Assembly: GCA_937899435.1 (NCBI GenBank)
Contig: CALBQG010000027.1
Coordinates: 4,139 to 68,138 of the forward strand
Direction: 5' to 3'
DNA from: an uncultured Clostridia bacterium
Lineage (GTDB): Bacteria; Bacillota; Clostridia; Oscillospirales; Ruminococcaceae
DNA length: 64,000 nucleotides
Every line of letters starts with the position of its first letter. The first letter of the stretch is position 1. The position numbers were made by a program, and so were the translations under genes. Below the pieces are notes generated by a model that saw only the letters and a list, made by a program, of their open reading frames with translations, was not told the DNA's origin and searched no databases. Shown one piece after another: positions 9,996-18,549 of this stretch.

Positions 9996-10936
9996 AAGTA
10001 GCAATTGTAGGCTGCGGCGGAATTTCGCATGCGCATTTCAACAGCTGGAGACGCATGGAGGATGTCACGATCGTGGGCGTGTGCGATGTGCGTCCGGAAT
10101 GTATGACAGAGTATGTAAACGCTTGTAAAGCTCATCCGTATGAGGATTGCAGAACCATGCTGGAGACGGAGAAACCTGATATTCTGGATATCTGCCTGCC
10201 GACGTATCTTCATGTCGAATACTCGTTGATGGCTCTGGAAATGGGCATCAACGTTGTCTGCGAAAAGCCGATCTCGCTCAAGAGAGAGGACGTTGCCCGT
10301 GTCTACGGCACGGCAAAGAAACACAACTGCAAATTCATGGTGGCACAGGTGCTTCGTTTCTGGCCGGAATTTTCGGAGTTGAAGGAAATTATCGAGACCG
10401 AGCGCTACGGAAAGCTCCTCAGCGGTGAAATGCACCGTTTGGGATACCGCCCGAATTGGAGCTGGAACGGCTGGATGACCAAAAAGGAACTCAGCGGTAT
10501 GGTGCCGTATGACCTGCACATTCATGATCTGGACTGGCTTGTATATGCGCTGGGAGTTCCGAAGAGTGCGGTGCGTTACCGCACGGAACGTCCCGATCAG
10601 GATTTCCTGCACGCCGTGTATGATTACGGAGACTATTTCATCATGTGCGATTCTTCCTGGTTCAAGGGAAAGATTCCGTGGAACAGCGGCTTCCGCTTCC
10701 AGTTTGAAGAAGCGGTTGTGATCAATAACAACGGCAGCCTGGCAGTGTACGACAAGGACGGTACGGCACAGGAGGGAGTGGCAGCCGCCGATTCCGGTGT
10801 GCTGAATCTGCCGACCACCGATGCGTATTATAATGAACTGCGCTATTTCGCGGATTGCGTCAAAGAAAATCGCGATCCCGACCGCGTAAAGCCCGAAGAA
10901 CTGGAAACCGTCATTGATTTGCTGAACGCGTTTTAA
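9992..10936 (+). CDS. Gfo/Idh/MocA family oxidoreductase
   Basis: N-terminal Rossmann motif KVAIVGCGGISHAH and EKP motif (VVCEKPISL). Overlaps the upstream gene by 4 nt. Confidence 0.85.
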   Translation: MKVAIVGCGGISHAHFNSWRRMEDVTIVGVCDVRPECMTEYVNACKAHPYEDCRTMLETEKPDILDICLPTYLHVEYSLMALEMGINVVCEKPISLKREDVARVYGTAKKHNCKFMVAQVLRFWPEFSELKEIIETERYGKLLSGEMHRLGYRPNWSWNGWMTKKELSGMVPYDLHIHDLDWLVYALGVPKSAVRYRTERPDQDFLHAVYDYGDYFIMCDSSWFKGKIPWNSGFRFQFEEAVVINNNGSLAVYDKDGTAQEGVAAADSGVLNLPTTDAYYNELRYFADCVKENRDPDRVKPEELETVIDLLNAF

Positions 10937-10973
10937 TCAAAATCCTCCGCAGAAATTTCTGCGGAGGATTTTT

Positions 10974-11876
10974 CTATGCTTCCAGTGAAATGCCGGTGTA
11001 ATAGTGCTTGAGAATTTCGTCAAAGGTCATTCCTTGGCGGGCGTAAAAATCGGCACCGTACAGACTCAGCCCCACAAAATGTCCCTGCCCGTAACAGCGG
11101 ATTTCCGCCTGCTGTCCGTCGAAAACAATGTCAAAATCGGCGCTCGGCAGTTGAAAGAGCGCGCGGAATTCCTGCCCAGTCATCGTGAGATTGCCGATTT
11201 CGATCCCTTTGACCGTTCCCGCATCGGTGCGGCTGAGAATTTCGGCGGAGAGGTTTTCCAGCTCCGCTTTCGGGAAACGGGAAAGCACGACTTCACGGAA
11301 GCGGTCGGCGGAAAAGCACAGACGGTTTTCGGTAGCAGGAGCCAGTAAATCGCCCGCGCTTTCTGCGGATTGCAGATAGGCGACCTTTTGCCCCCATACG
11401 GCTTCTGCGGCTTCGGTCTGCCCCGCACAGAGGAAGAAAAAGGGCGCGAGGATCGGACGGTTCTGATACACCATGTATTTTGAACCGACCGCATCCACGG
11501 CTTGTTCGATCTTTTTTCGATAGGCTTCATAGCGGTCGCCGAAACGCTCGCGGGCTTGCGATTCGCTCAGATATCGGTCGGTGTCGATGATGAAATCGTA
11601 AGTCTGCAAATCGGGCTTGCGGCTGCGGTCATAGCACGCGTTGGTGTGGGCAATGACCGCCTGCGCTTTCAACGCTTCCGTGTGAAATCCCGGCTCGGTT
11701 TGTGCAAATACGGCGCCGATGAGAAAATCCCGCGTGGAAAGCGACAGGTCTTTCTGCGAGGAAGCGTCGCGCACAATCCATTCATCGTCCGTGCGTCCGG
11801 TGCTGCGGGAAAGAAGCCGCGGAAGAAAGGTGACAGCGAGCAAAAGGGTGAGATAAAGGCAGAGAATCTTTTTCAT
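10974..11876 (-). CDS. spoIID: SpoIID/LytB-domain protein (stage II sporulation protein D-like)
   Basis: N-terminal anchor, ALKAQAVIAHTNA motif, and C-terminal GHFVGLSLYGA and ILKHYYTG typical of SpoIID. Confidence 0.8.
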   Translation of the reverse strand: MKKILCLYLTLLLAVTFLPRLLSRSTGRTDDEWIVRDASSQKDLSLSTRDFLIGAVFAQTEPGFHTEALKAQAVIAHTNACYDRSRKPDLQTYDFIIDTDRYLSESQARERFGDRYEAYRKKIEQAVDAVGSKYMVYQNRPILAPFFFLCAGQTEAAEAVWGQKVAYLQSAESAGDLLAPATENRLCFSADRFREVVLSRFPKAELENLSAEILSRTDAGTVKGIEIGNLTMTGQEFRALFQLPSADFDIVFDGQQAEIRCYGQGHFVGLSLYGADFYARQGMTFDEILKHYYTGISLEA

Positions 11877-11995
11877 TTTTCCTCCGTAATGAATTTTAGA
11901 CGTTTGAAAAATTCATTTTTGAATAAAATTTCGGACATAATGGCAAAATATCCCGTAAATTTTGCTGTTTTTTACAAAAAATCATGCAAATGCCC

Positions 11996-12024
11996 TTGAC
12001 GTGCGCCGCCTACCGATGTATAAT
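11996..12024 (+). promoter_or_regulatory. Sigma-A promoter upstream of citrate synthase
   Basis: TTGACG, a 17-nt spacer, then TATAAT. Confidence 0.6.
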
Positions 12025-12057
12025 AAATAAGTATCATGATTCATGGGGTGGCGACGT

Positions 12058-13440
12058 ATGGAGTATTGTGCTTCAATGGCAAGTATGTCCGATGAAGACA
12101 AAAAAGGTATTAAAATACTATGTGACGAGTTTCACAAGTATAACCATATCGATTCAAAATATTACGAACGGTATGACGTGAAGCGCGGATTGCGTAACGC
12201 GGACGGTACCGGTGTGGTCGCGGGGCTGACACAGATCTGTAACGTACACGGATATATTATGGATGAGGGCGAGAAAAGTGCCGTTGACGGTCAGCTTTTC
12301 TATCGCGGAATCGATGTAAAGGACATCGTGAACGGCTGCCTGAAAGAAAATCGTTACGGTTATGAGGAGGTCGTCTGGCTGTTGCTGTTCGGTCGTCTGC
12401 CGAACAAAGAACAGCTCTCGCTTCTGCGGAATATGATTTCGGAGTGCCGCGAACTGCCTTTCGGCTTTGCGGAAGATATGATGATCAAAGCGCCGACGCC
12501 GAATATCATGAGCATGATTGAACGCTCGATTGTGGCACTGTATGCCTACGATGAGGATGCGGAAAACCTCAGCGTGGAAAATCTGATCCGTCAGTCGATC
12601 GAACTGATTGCGCGCGTCCCCACGATTTTGGTGCATGCTTATCAGATCAAAAAGAGAATTTACAATCACCAGAGCATGGTGTTTCATCCGATTGACCCGA
12701 CCCACAGCACCGCACAGCATATTCTTTCGATGATCCGCGACGATCGCACATTCACCGAAGATGAGGCGCATTTGCTGGATATCTGCCTGATGCTTCACGC
12801 GGAGCACGGCGGCGGAAACAATTCCACCTTTGCCTGCCGTGTGCTGTCGTCGTCGGGAACGGATACCTATTCTGCAATTGCCGCCGGTGTCGGTGCGCTG
12901 AAAGGACCGAAACACGGCGGAGCAAACCTGAAAACCATGGAAATGCTTAACTTCATGATGCGGGATATCGAACATTGGGACCGCGATGCGGAAGTGGAAG
13001 CATATCTGCGGAAACTGCTCAATAAAGAGGCAGGAGACCATTCAGGCTTGATCTACGGTTTGGGTCACGCGGTGTATACCAAGAGCGATCCCCGTGCCGT
13101 CATCATCAAGCAAAACGCAATGAAACTGGCACAAAAACGCGGTTTTGAGCGGGAATTTCTGCTGCTGGACGCCGTGGAGCGGATTGCCCCGCGCCTGATT
13201 GCCGAAAAGACCAGTGCCAAGGAAGAAGATATCTGTGCAAACGTAGATCTGTATTCGGGCATGGTGTATAAGATGATCAATATTCCGCAGGATCTGTTCA
13301 CGCCGCTCTTTGCCATTGCGCGTATGGCAGGTTGGTGCGCACACCGTATCGAAGAAGTGACCAACGCCAACCGTATTATACGCCCGGCGTATAAGGCAAT
13401 CGTCAAAAACACACCGTATGTGCCGATGAACGAGAGATAA
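12058..13440 (+). CDS. Citrate synthase
   Basis: Motifs HAEHGGGNNSTF, GPKHGGAN and GLGHAVYTKSDPRA. The start is uncertain: the tracked ORF begins at 12043, and I chose 12058 because GGGGTGG lies 6 nt upstream. Confidence 0.88.
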   Translation: MEYCASMASMSDEDKKGIKILCDEFHKYNHIDSKYYERYDVKRGLRNADGTGVVAGLTQICNVHGYIMDEGEKSAVDGQLFYRGIDVKDIVNGCLKENRYGYEEVVWLLLFGRLPNKEQLSLLRNMISECRELPFGFAEDMMIKAPTPNIMSMIERSIVALYAYDEDAENLSVENLIRQSIELIARVPTILVHAYQIKKRIYNHQSMVFHPIDPTHSTAQHILSMIRDDRTFTEDEAHLLDICLMLHAEHGGGNNSTFACRVLSSSGTDTYSAIAAGVGALKGPKHGGANLKTMEMLNFMMRDIEHWDRDAEVEAYLRKLLNKEAGDHSGLIYGLGHAVYTKSDPRAVIIKQNAMKLAQKRGFEREFLLLDAVERIAPRLIAEKTSAKEEDICANVDLYSGMVYKMINIPQDLFTPLFAIARMAGWCAHRIEEVTNANRIIRPAYKAIVKNTPYVPMNER

Positions 13441-13512
13441 TCGGAAGAAAGACAGGAAATGCGTCTGAAAAACACGCTTTTTTGTGAAAATTCATGAATT
13501 TGCAAAAAGCGG

Positions 13513-13541
13513 TTGACAAGGCACTTTTCACGTGTTATACT
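13513..13541 (+). promoter_or_regulatory. Sigma-A promoter driving the lysine riboswitch leader
   Basis: TTGACA, a 17-nt spacer, then TATACT with a TGn extension. Confidence 0.6.
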
Positions 13542-13559
13542 CAAGAAAATTCAATATTG

Positions 13560-13790
13560 ATTTGGTAGAGGCGCGAACTTGTATGAGTCGTATGACGGAG
13601 ACAGCCAAAGGTCGAAGAGGTCATATCAAAGGACGGTTCGCCGAAATTGGAATTGAGTTGGAGCAATTCCCGTTGGACGTTCGGAGAAAATCCGCTCGGC
13701 TGTCACATTTGTGGAGTGCTATCATCGTTTGCTTGCTTTGCGTAAGAATGAACGGTCGGGTTTAGTACTTCGACCGTTTTTTTATTTTTA
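13560..13790 (+). promoter_or_regulatory. Lysine riboswitch (L-box) with terminator expression platform
   Basis: The leader carries the L-box core elements GGTAGAGGCGCGAAC, GAGTCGTA, TTCGCCGAA, TGGAGCA, GGCTGTCA and the closing GGAGTGCTATC. These run in the same order as the B. subtilis lysC leader as I recall it. A hairpin aacggtcg..cgaccgtt plus T-run follows at 13751-13789. Confidence 0.75.
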
Positions 13791-13807
13791 AAAAGGAGAG
13801 AAGAAAA

Positions 13808-14668
13808 ATGAAAAGATTGTTTGCTGTTGTATTGGCTCTGTGCGTGGTTTTCGCCGTCGCCGCCTGTGGTGAGGATGCCGGAAAGAAAGACTTGACGAAT
13901 GCAAAATCGCTGGCAGACCTGGCAGGCGCAAAAATTGCCGCTCAGTCGGGAACCTTCCATGCCGACGCCGTCAATCAGATTAAAGATGTTGTTTCCAGCA
14001 CCTATCCGGACTTCACGGATCTGCTGGTTGCCCTTAAGAGCGGCGCAATCGACGGCTATATCGCAGAAGAACCGACCGCACTGTCCGTTTGCGAAAAAGA
14101 ATCCACGCTGACCTACATCCCGCTTGTGAATAACGATACGGGATTCACCGTCACCGATGCCGATGTCGGAATTGCCGTCGGTTATCAGACCGGCTCCGAA
14201 CTTGTCGCAAAAACCAACGATATTCTGGCAACGATTTCGACGGAAACCAGAATGAAATTGATGGAGCAGATGGTGGATCTGACCAATCAGAAGGAAATCG
14301 GCGATCTTGCACTTCAGTACGAAGTCAAGGAAGCAACCAACGGAAAATTCATTGTCGGCATGGAATGCGGTTACGAGCCGTTCAACTGGACGCAGACCGA
14401 CGACAAAAACGGTGCGGTTCCGATTTCCGGAAAGAACGGAATGTATGCCAACGGCTACGATGTGCAGATTGCTAAATACATTGCCAATGAGCTCGGCATG
14501 GAGCTGGAAATTGCTCAGTATGAGTTTGACTCTCTGGTTCCCGGTGTGCAGTCCGGTGCGCTGACGGCGATCATCGCTGGTATGAGTCCGACCGCAGAGC
14601 GTGAGGAGCAGGTGGATTTCACAAATACGTATTATAACTCCAACCTTGTGGTTATCATCCGCAAATAA
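13808..14668 (+). CDS. Amino-acid ABC transporter substrate-binding lipoprotein (domain order appears circularly permuted)
   Basis: Lipobox VAACG. Both halves of the SBP_bac_3-type fold are present but in swapped order (see finding). Confidence 0.85.
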   Translation: MKRLFAVVLALCVVFAVAACGEDAGKKDLTNAKSLADLAGAKIAAQSGTFHADAVNQIKDVVSSTYPDFTDLLVALKSGAIDGYIAEEPTALSVCEKESTLTYIPLVNNDTGFTVTDADVGIAVGYQTGSELVAKTNDILATISTETRMKLMEQMVDLTNQKEIGDLALQYEVKEATNGKFIVGMECGYEPFNWTQTDDKNGAVPISGKNGMYANGYDVQIAKYIANELGMELEIAQYEFDSLVPGVQSGALTAIIAGMSPTAEREEQVDFTNTYYNSNLVVIIRK

Positions 14669-14682
14669 GGGAAACGGGAAAA

Positions 14683-15459
14683 ATGATGAAGTTTTTTCAG
14701 GATGTCTACGAAATCGTCCTGCAATACTGGCCGTTTTTGCTGGAGGGCATCGGCAATACCATGCTGATTGCCCTGACCGGCACGCTGGCAGGACTTGTGA
14801 TCGGACTGTTGACCGGTATCGTCAGAACCGCGCCGTACTCGGCAAATCCCGTAGTATGTGTGCTGCATAAAATTCTCAACGGAATCATTGCCGTGTATGT
14901 GGAAATTTTCCGCGGCACGCCGATGATGGTGCAGGCAATGGTCATTTATTGGGGCTACGCCTTTGCTACAGGAGGAAAAACGCTACCGCTGATTACCTCG
15001 GGAATCGTGATCGTGTCGATCAATACCGGTGCGTATATGGCGGAAATTGTGCGCGGCGGCATTATTTCCATAGATAAAGGGCAGTTCGAGGGCGCCAATT
15101 CCATCGGAATGACGCATTGGCAGACCATGGTGCATATCATCCTTCCGCAGGTTATGCGCAATATTCTGCCGTCTATCAGCAATGAGTTTGTGATTAACAT
15201 CAAGGATACTTCGGTACTGAATGTGATCGGTGTTTCGGAATTGTACTATTATGCGGGCATCATCAAAAAAGCCAATTTCCAGACCTTCCAGACCTATTTG
15301 GTTGTCTGTGTGATTTATTTCATTCTGACCTTCACGATCACCCGTCTGCTTCGGTATCTGGAAAAAAAGCTCGACGGCAAAGAAAACTATACGATTTTCG
15401 GCTCGCAAACGGACCCCAAGGCGGAAATCAAGGTTCGGGAGGTGCCCTATGAGCAGTGA
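14683..15459 (+). CDS. Amino-acid ABC transporter permease
   Basis: His/Glu/Gln/Arg-type permease with multiple TM segments and an EAA-like loop ([20 protein letters not shown]). Confidence 0.9.
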   Translation: MMKFFQDVYEIVLQYWPFLLEGIGNTMLIALTGTLAGLVIGLLTGIVRTAPYSANPVVCVLHKILNGIIAVYVEIFRGTPMMVQAMVIYWGYAFATGGKTLPLITSGIVIVSINTGAYMAEIVRGGIISIDKGQFEGANSIGMTHWQTMVHIILPQVMRNILPSISNEFVINIKDTSVLNVIGVSELYYYAGIIKKANFQTFQTYLVVCVIYFILTFTITRLLRYLEKKLDGKENYTIFGSQTDPKAEIKVREVPYEQ

Positions 15460-16186
15460 GACCATTCTTCAGGTGAACCACCTGCGCAAGACGTTCGGCG
15501 ACCACGAAGTGCTGCGGGATATCAACCTTAGTGTGCACCACGGAGATATCGTGACGATCATCGGTTCGTCCGGCTCCGGAAAAAGTACGCTTCTGCGTTG
15601 TATCAATCTGTTGGAAACGCCGACGGACGGCGAGATTCTGTTTTGCGGAAAGAATATCAAAGACCGTGATATGAATCTTTCGCAGTACCGCGCCAAGGTA
15701 GGGATGGTGTTTCAGCAGTTTAATCTGTTCAATAACCTGACGGTGCTGGAAAACTGTGTGATCGGGCAGATGAAGGTGCTGCACCGCTCACGCAAGGAAG
15801 CCGAGGAAAAGGCAAAGGACTTTTTGAATAAGGTCGGAATGTATCAATACATTCAGGCAAAACCGAAACAGATTTCCGGAGGACAGAAACAGCGCGTGGC
15901 AATCGCCCGTTCGCTTGCCATGGATCCGGAAGCAATCCTGTTTGACGAGCCGACATCGGCACTGGATCCGGAAATGGTCGGCGAAGTGCTGACGGTCATG
16001 AAAAAACTGGCGGAATCGGGATTGACGATGCTGGTCGTCACGCATGAAATGGGCTTTGCCAAGGACGTTTCCAACCGCGTGATCTTCATGGATCAGGGCT
16101 TGATTGCCGAGGAAGGCACGCCGAAGGAGATTTTTGAAAATCCGCAGGTGCCGCGAACCCGTGAATTTTTGTCCCGAGTGTTATAA
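15449..16186 (+). CDS. Amino-acid ABC transporter ATP-binding protein
   Basis: Walker [10 protein letters not shown], signature ISGGQKQR, Walker [12 protein letters not shown], and TRE/FL tail. Confidence 0.93.
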   Translation: MSSETILQVNHLRKTFGDHEVLRDINLSVHHGDIVTIIGSSGSGKSTLLRCINLLETPTDGEILFCGKNIKDRDMNLSQYRAKVGMVFQQFNLFNNLTVLENCVIGQMKVLHRSRKEAEEKAKDFLNKVGMYQYIQAKPKQISGGQKQRVAIARSLAMDPEAILFDEPTSALDPEMVGEVLTVMKKLAESGLTMLVVTHEMGFAKDVSNRVIFMDQGLIAEEGTPKEIFENPQVPRTREFLSRVL

Positions 16187-16223
16187 AAAGAGGAGCACAT
16201 CTCACCGATGTGCTCCTCTTTTT
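16185..16223. terminator. Bidirectional terminator after the ABC importer operon
   Basis: A 12-bp perfect stem, agaggagcacat / atgtgctcctct, is flanked by an A-run and a T-run. Confidence 0.8.
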
Positions 16224-16232
16224 CTGTTGAAA

Positions 16233-17006
16233 TCAGTCTTTTACAAAAATTGTATTTCTGTGATTGGATTGCAGCTTGATGCGATCCACCACCGTGGCAA
16301 TAAATTCATGATTGCTCGGACATTTGTTCAGTCTTGCCGGGCGGCAGACAAAATATTCGTTCAGCGCCGCTTCGTTGCCGTTTTCCCACAGGTATCCGAT
16401 CAGGTGACGCAGGGCACGTTCCACGCGGCTCGGCGTGGTGGCAAAGCTCTTGGCAACGGTCGGATAGAGCAGCTTGGTCACATGGTGCAGATAAGACATA
16501 TCCTGTAAGGAAAGCAGAATGGCTTTCCGAAGGTAAAAGTATCCTTTCATGTGTGCCGGTACGCCCAATTTCAGGATCAGAAGTGCCACCATGTTGTCGG
16601 CTTCGGATTCCGACATTTCAACCGGTTTTTCGGGACGGGTAAAATGATGACTGCAAATTTCGCGGCAGATGTCGGTGGGTTCGATCGGTTTTGAAAAACA
16701 ACTGTCCGCGCCGAGTTGACGGATGTATCGGGAAGTGTTGGCATCGCTCGTGTCGGTGATCACGGCAATGTGGGTGTCTTTTTCTGTGTTCAGTCGAAGC
16801 AATTCGATTACTTCTTCGAGGTCCGCACTGACGGCGGAGGCGTTGAGCAGGATAAGAGACGGCACATGTTGCCGGAGCGAGTCAATGACGCCTACCAGGG
16901 TGCCCGTGCAGAGATGGACGCGATATCCGTTTCGCTGAAATTCGCCCGCACAGGTTTGCGCGAAGACGGTGTCCCGTTCGATGATGACGATAGTTCTTTG
17001 AGTCAA
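16233..17006 (-). CDS. Spo0A-like paralogue with a degenerate (pseudo-)receiver domain
   Basis: The C-terminal half carries the Spo0A effector signature (GVPAHMKGYFYLRKAILLS ... [12 protein letters not shown] ... SNHEFIA). The receiver has Asn where the phospho-acceptor Asp is expected (LILLNAS). I chose the TTG start at 17006 because GAGGGGA lies 6 nt upstream. The tracked ORF runs to 17072. Confidence 0.75.
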   Translation of the reverse strand: MTQRTIVIIERDTVFAQTCAGEFQRNGYRVHLCTGTLVGVIDSLRQHVPSLILLNASAVSADLEEVIELLRLNTEKDTHIAVITDTSDANTSRYIRQLGADSCFSKPIEPTDICREICSHHFTRPEKPVEMSESEADNMVALLILKLGVPAHMKGYFYLRKAILLSLQDMSYLHHVTKLLYPTVAKSFATTPSRVERALRHLIGYLWENGNEAALNEYFVCRPARLNKCPSNHEFIATVVDRIKLQSNHRNTIFVKD

Positions 17007-17117
17007 TTTGATTCCCCTCGCTTTTACGATGTTACATGATATAAGGATAGCACATAAAAGCGATAAAAACAATATCGATTCATAAAAGCATTCATAATTT
17101 GGTAATAATTTGTGAAA

Positions 17118-17756
17118 TTAACACATAAAAAAGTGATTTTTGTTGAAAGAAATCAGTTGTTCTTTTTGCATTTTCGACAACTCTTTGCACATGGCACTGC
17201 GATCCACTCCGAGAAAATCCGCCAATTGCTGGCGGTTGTAGGGAATGTCAAAGGCACGCGAGCCGTTTTTGCGCATACATTCGGAAAAGAAAGACATCAG
17301 CCTTTCGCGAATGGTTTTCGGAGAGGTGTGCAGGATTCTTCGGGACAGCTGCAAACTTTTTCCGGCACCGACAGTCAGCAGGTTTTTCATCAATTGCCAT
17401 GCCGCTTTCGACGGCGCTTCTGCGTTCAGCAGGGGTGTCAGGCACAGGAAAAGCACGGTGGTTTTTTCGGCGGCGACCACACAGGTCATCAGCTTTTCCT
17501 CCCGCAGACAGGCGTAGGCTTCGGCGAATACCTCCCCTTGACGGACATACCCGAACAACCGGCGGTTTCCCCAGGCGTCGTGATATTCCACTAATGCGGA
17601 ACCGGAAAGAATCACGCCGAGACGGTCAGTGACCTCATCTTCAAAAAGAATGGTTTCGCCTTTGAGAAATTTTTTTTCGACAGCTTGCAAGGTCTTGAGC
17701 AAAGGAACAAGCTCATTTTCCGGAATTTGGTTGAAAACGGAAGCGGAAACGGACAT
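17118..17756 (-). CDS. Crp/Fnr family transcriptional regulator
   Basis: cNMP-binding-like beta-roll followed by a C-terminal HTH (NRQQLADFLGVDRSAMCKELSKM). It is divergent from the ferredoxin-hcp unit. I chose the internal ATG (MSVSASVF). Confidence 0.8.
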   Translation of the reverse strand: MSVSASVFNQIPENELVPLLKTLQAVEKKFLKGETILFEDEVTDRLGVILSGSALVEYHDAWGNRRLFGYVRQGEVFAEAYACLREEKLMTCVVAAEKTTVLFLCLTPLLNAEAPSKAAWQLMKNLLTVGAGKSLQLSRRILHTSPKTIRERLMSFFSECMRKNGSRAFDIPYNRQQLADFLGVDRSAMCKELSKMQKEQLISFNKNHFFMC

Positions 17757-17847
17757 AAAAAACACTCCATTTGTGGTTAGAACCACAGACTTTTTGATTT
17801 TATGATAGTATACTTTTGTTGTAAAGTCAAGCAAGGAGGAAAAACAA

Positions 17848-18537
17848 ATGATTCGAAAAATTATTCATATCGACGAAGAAAAATGCAACGGCTGCAGAGC
17901 CTGCGCGAATGCGTGCCATGAGGGAGCAATCGGAATGGTGAACGGAAAGGCAAAGCTGCTCCGTGACGATTATTGTGACGGATTGGGTGACTGCCTGCCT
18001 TCCTGCCCCGTAAATGCCATTTCGTTTGTGGAGCGCGAAGCGGCGGCGTACGACGAAGAAGCCGTCCGACAGCATCAGCTTCGGAAATCCGCACCCGCTC
18101 ACGGTTGTCCGGGACACCGTCTGGAACGCTTCGCACGTTCGGAAACGGTGGCGGAAGGTGGAGAAAAGGCGGTTTCGCAGTTGGCTCAGTGGCCCTGTCA
18201 GATTCGGCTGGTGCCGGTCAATGCACCGTATTTTTCGGGCGCGAAGCTGTTGATTGCCGCCGATTGCACGGCATATGCCTATGCGAATCTTCACCGCGAG
18301 TTCATGCGCGGGAAAATCACACTGATCGGCTGCCCGAAGCTGGACGATGTGGATTACAGCGAAAAACTGACGGAAATTCTTTTGCATAACGATATTCAAA
18401 GCGTCACGGTGGTGCGCATGGAGGTTCCTTGCTGCGGCGGGCTGGAACAGGCGGCAAAAAAATCCCTGCAAGCAAGCGGGAAGTTCATCCCGTGGCAGGT
18501 GGTGACAATTTCGACCGACGGAAGAATTCTGGATTAG
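17848..18537 (+). CDS. 4Fe-4S dicluster domain protein
   Basis: CNGCRACANAC and CDGLGDCLPSCP ferredoxin motifs, with additional Cys motifs in the C-terminal half. Immediately upstream of hcp. Confidence 0.8.
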   Translation: MIRKIIHIDEEKCNGCRACANACHEGAIGMVNGKAKLLRDDYCDGLGDCLPSCPVNAISFVEREAAAYDEEAVRQHQLRKSAPAHGCPGHRLERFARSETVAEGGEKAVSQLAQWPCQIRLVPVNAPYFSGAKLLIAADCTAYAYANLHREFMRGKITLIGCPKLDDVDYSEKLTEILLHNDIQSVTVVRMEVPCCGGLEQAAKKSLQASGKFIPWQVVTISTDGRILD

Positions 18538-18549
18538 GAGAGAAAAACG

